A program made the position numbers and the translations under genes. A stretch of DNA of 64,000 nt from Marsupella aquatica. Its lineage: Eukaryota; Plantae; Marchantiophyta. This document shows, one piece after another, positions 61,487 through 64,000 of this stretch (position 1 is its first letter; every line of letters begins with the position of its first letter). Under the pieces are notes generated by a model, which saw nothing but the letters and a program-made list of their open reading frames with translations, did no database searches and was not told the origin of the DNA. Location of the stretch: the NCBI GenBank assembly GCA_973895155.1, contig OZ316893.1, positions 21,808,955-21,872,954 of the forward strand, read 5' to 3'.

Positions 61487-63121
61487 TCAAAAACTTTGCT
61501 TCAGCATCTGTCGATCTACCTTCTCTACTTTAGGCTTGACACCATTTTCTCGATACATCCTGGGCCACTCTATGAATCCTTTAGTGCCCATGGCAATGTG
61601 AGGATTTCCCCTGTCTGGGGAGCGCCAGTCACGAGATGGACTGGCAATTCCTTGCTCTGTCACCAACCTCACATGGGCACCTCGGGACAAGTCTGACGTC
61701 CCCCTTGCATGGAAGCTTCTACATCCCTCCCCTGATGATCTCCGTCCCTGTTCTTCAGTCAAAGCCTTCCCAGCTCCAGCTGAAGGAGTGTAGGCTCTCC
61801 ACAAGTCATCTCCTGCCGAGAACTCTGAAGCTGGTTTGACGGTAACGGCCTGGGGGAAAGAGTTCCTGTCATAAGCTCTAGAATGCACGGCTGCATCTGC
61901 TGCTGGGGGTTCATTCTGATACTCACCTCCTACTCTATCACTTTGCGAGGACTTATTAGAGTTGCCTGGCTCCATGGCCTCAAGGATGTCTTGATCAGAG
62001 GCACTTTCCCACTGGCTGCCATCTTCTTCTTTGGGATCATCGCCTAGATGCTCACTTTGTGAATTCCATTCGCTTGCATTCCCTCTGTCATCCTCCAATT
62101 GCCTGGAACCATCACCTTCACGGCCCCCTTTCATGGAGGACTGTTGACCATCTTGCTCCCACTTTCTCCTCAGCCTTTCCAGAACCTCATCTTTTGTTGC
62201 TAACCTAGGTTCAGATTCTCCATAACCTCTGGTGGCTTGGGCACCCCAGCTCCAGCCTTCTCTCCTATCAGGTTGAGGGAACCTAGAATTGTTTGACCTC
62301 TGCTCACCTCTACGAAGACCCGAAGCATCTTCATCTGTATTAGCGGACCTGTAAGTGTCAGGTAGCACCACGTCTCTTATTTGCAAAGCATCTATGGCAG
62401 CCTTCAGGCTTTCAGCTTCCTGCACAACTTGTTTGCAGCTTTCCTCGTCATCCTCAGCATCGCGAAAAAAGGCCTTGCTAGATTTGAGAAATGCCTCGAC
62501 CTCGACCCTAAGATTTACTAGAATCATGGTCTTTTCTTCAATATCTAACCTCGCTTCCGCAAGCTTCATCTGGACCCTTTCCTCTCGCCATACCTCCGCC
62601 ATCTGCAACATCTTCCTTTCCTCTTCTACTTCCTCTCTAACCTTAGCAGCTTCGCGCTTTAGTTCCTCAACCTCCTGCTTGTCCTCTCCTATCTCCCTTG
62701 CGAGCTCATTACATACATCTTCCATGAGCTCCCGTGTTTTTTTCTCCTTCTCCAATTCCTGAATAGCTTTAGCAATGGTAATGTTTGCATCCACCAACTC
62801 TCGAGAGATCTTCCTATTTACAGACTCTACTCTCCATCTTGCCTTCTTCTCCTCCTCGGCTTCCACCTTCACTGCTTGCACAGCAGACCTGATCTTCTCT
62901 TGCTCCCTATTTCGCAAAGAAAGTTTCTCCTCGGTCAGTTTCTTCAAAAGATTGTAGATCTCTCTTCGAGCTTTTTTGTGTGCAAGCTCCAGCTCGTGTG
63001 CTCGAGCCCTGACACGTTCCAATTCTATGCGGAGGTCAGCCACCACAGATGACTGTGCTGCGTGATGTTCTTGGATATCTCGGATCTGATTCAAAGAAGC
63101 CAACTCCACATTCAGAGACAA
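61487..63121 (-). CDS. Plant coiled-coil protein of the BRANCHLESS TRICHOME / At1g50660-like family (large last exon; 5' exons upstream unresolved)
   Basis: Family motifs LMEDVCNELAREIGED, ERKMLQMAEVWREERVQMKLAEA and NPHIAMGTKGFIEWPR. A probable upstream donor lies at about 63177 (SYM|gtatgt). Confidence 0.8.
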   Translation of the reverse strand: MSLNVELASLNQIRDIQEHHAAQSSVVADLRIELERVRARAHELELAHKKARREIYNLLKKLTEEKLSLRNREQEKIRSAVQAVKVEAEEEKKARWRVESVNRKISRELVDANITIAKAIQELEKEKKTRELMEDVCNELAREIGEDKQEVEELKREAAKVREEVEEERKMLQMAEVWREERVQMKLAEARLDIEEKTMILVNLRVEVEAFLKSSKAFFRDAEDDEESCKQVVQEAESLKAAIDALQIRDVVLPDTYRSANTDEDASGLRRGEQRSNNSRFPQPDRREGWSWGAQATRGYGESEPRLATKDEVLERLRRKWEQDGQQSSMKGGREGDGSRQLEDDRGNASEWNSQSEHLGDDPKEEDGSQWESASDQDILEAMEPGNSNKSSQSDRVGGEYQNEPPAADAAVHSRAYDRNSFPQAVTVKPASEFSAGDDLWRAYTPSAGAGKALTEEQGRRSSGEGCRSFHARGTSDLSRGAHVRLVTEQGIASPSRDWRSPDRGNPHIAMGTKGFIEWPRMYRENGVKPKVEKVDRQMLKQSF

Positions 63122-64000
63122 TTTTCTAAAACTTGGAACTCAAAAAACCTCTTGACATTGGAGGAAGGAAATACATACCATGTAAGACCCAGGTTTGGGT
63201 TGTCCCAGCTGAGTGATCCTTGAATCGGCTCTTTCCTTGAAAAGTCTATGTACATGAGACCGCAATGCTGCATTCTGCCTATTGCTTGTAGATTGGGATT
63301 CAGAGCTCTTCTTCACACTCTCCCAGGCCTGCCAAGACACAGTTCTGCCAGGTCAGCGTGGGTAAGACAACATACAGGGATTGATGGTAGCGTGGAAGTC
63401 AGCAGCTGGTGTGTATTAAAAGGGTACAAATGTCTGACATCTCCCGTCGGTGGAATTAAGGCAGTAAGAACTTGAGAGCGAAGAGAGGCTAAAGTCGATT
63501 AGTTCAGTCGCGCAAGAAACGATTCCAGGAACCCAACATTGCTAGCAACCAAGAAAACAGGATAGAGCAACTGAATAATCCCGAAGGGAGTGTAAGTCCA
63601 TTGTAACAGACAAGACACATGTTGAATGTTGAGCTCTGAGTATGCAAAAAGTTAAGTCTTCCGGCACATGAACCGATCACCTTAAGTTAGAAACCAAAGT
63701 CCACGACGAAGACACGGTAAACAACGTGCACACGGCGGCACTAGATGAATAAAAGACAGGAAGGTTGTTATCCAGGTGGGTTAACAAGAGGGAAGGCTTA
63801 GAGAAATTCAGCTCAATCAAGGGCCAACAGATCATACGAAGAATCATAACAGGAGGAATACCGAATTACAGGAGGCAGTTTCTGTCAACTAATAGTTCTA
63901 TTTGAGGGTCAGAGGCGAAGAGTCGAGATTGTTAGATGCGAAAGCCAGAGAGAGCCAATCAGTTAAACCCAGAGAGATGGGACATAGAAATGTTGACTGA

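Overview
Eukaryotic, intron-containing land-plant DNA, most consistent with a bryophyte; the hydrolase-NB-ARC genes suggest a liverwort (inference). The left half holds a decayed Ty3/gypsy pol whose integrase ends in a PHD finger, an intronless TM-LEA-like-LysM gene, degenerate repeats, an intact 10-exon eIF3b gene (one GC-AG intron) and an intact 6-exon CAD-like gene. The right half (about 30.7-61.1 kb) is a tandem segmental array of about three units. Each unit carries an NLR-like gene on the minus strand with the architecture alpha/beta-hydrolase - NB-ARC - ARM repeats - TPR and no LRR. Each also carries a head-to-head RBX1-like relic and pieces of the neighbouring eIF3b 3' end, and two carry a relic of a second NB-ARC on the plus strand. 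The most complete copy (43987-51798) has about 23 near-identical 43-aa ARM repeats, including five copies of a 387-bp trimer, with variation concentrated on one face of helix 3, reminiscent of fungal NLRs with concerted repeats. As assembled, all three NLR copies carry lesions. The window ends in a BRANCHLESS TRICHOME-like coiled-coil gene. All calls come from reading and motif recognition; no database searches were run.
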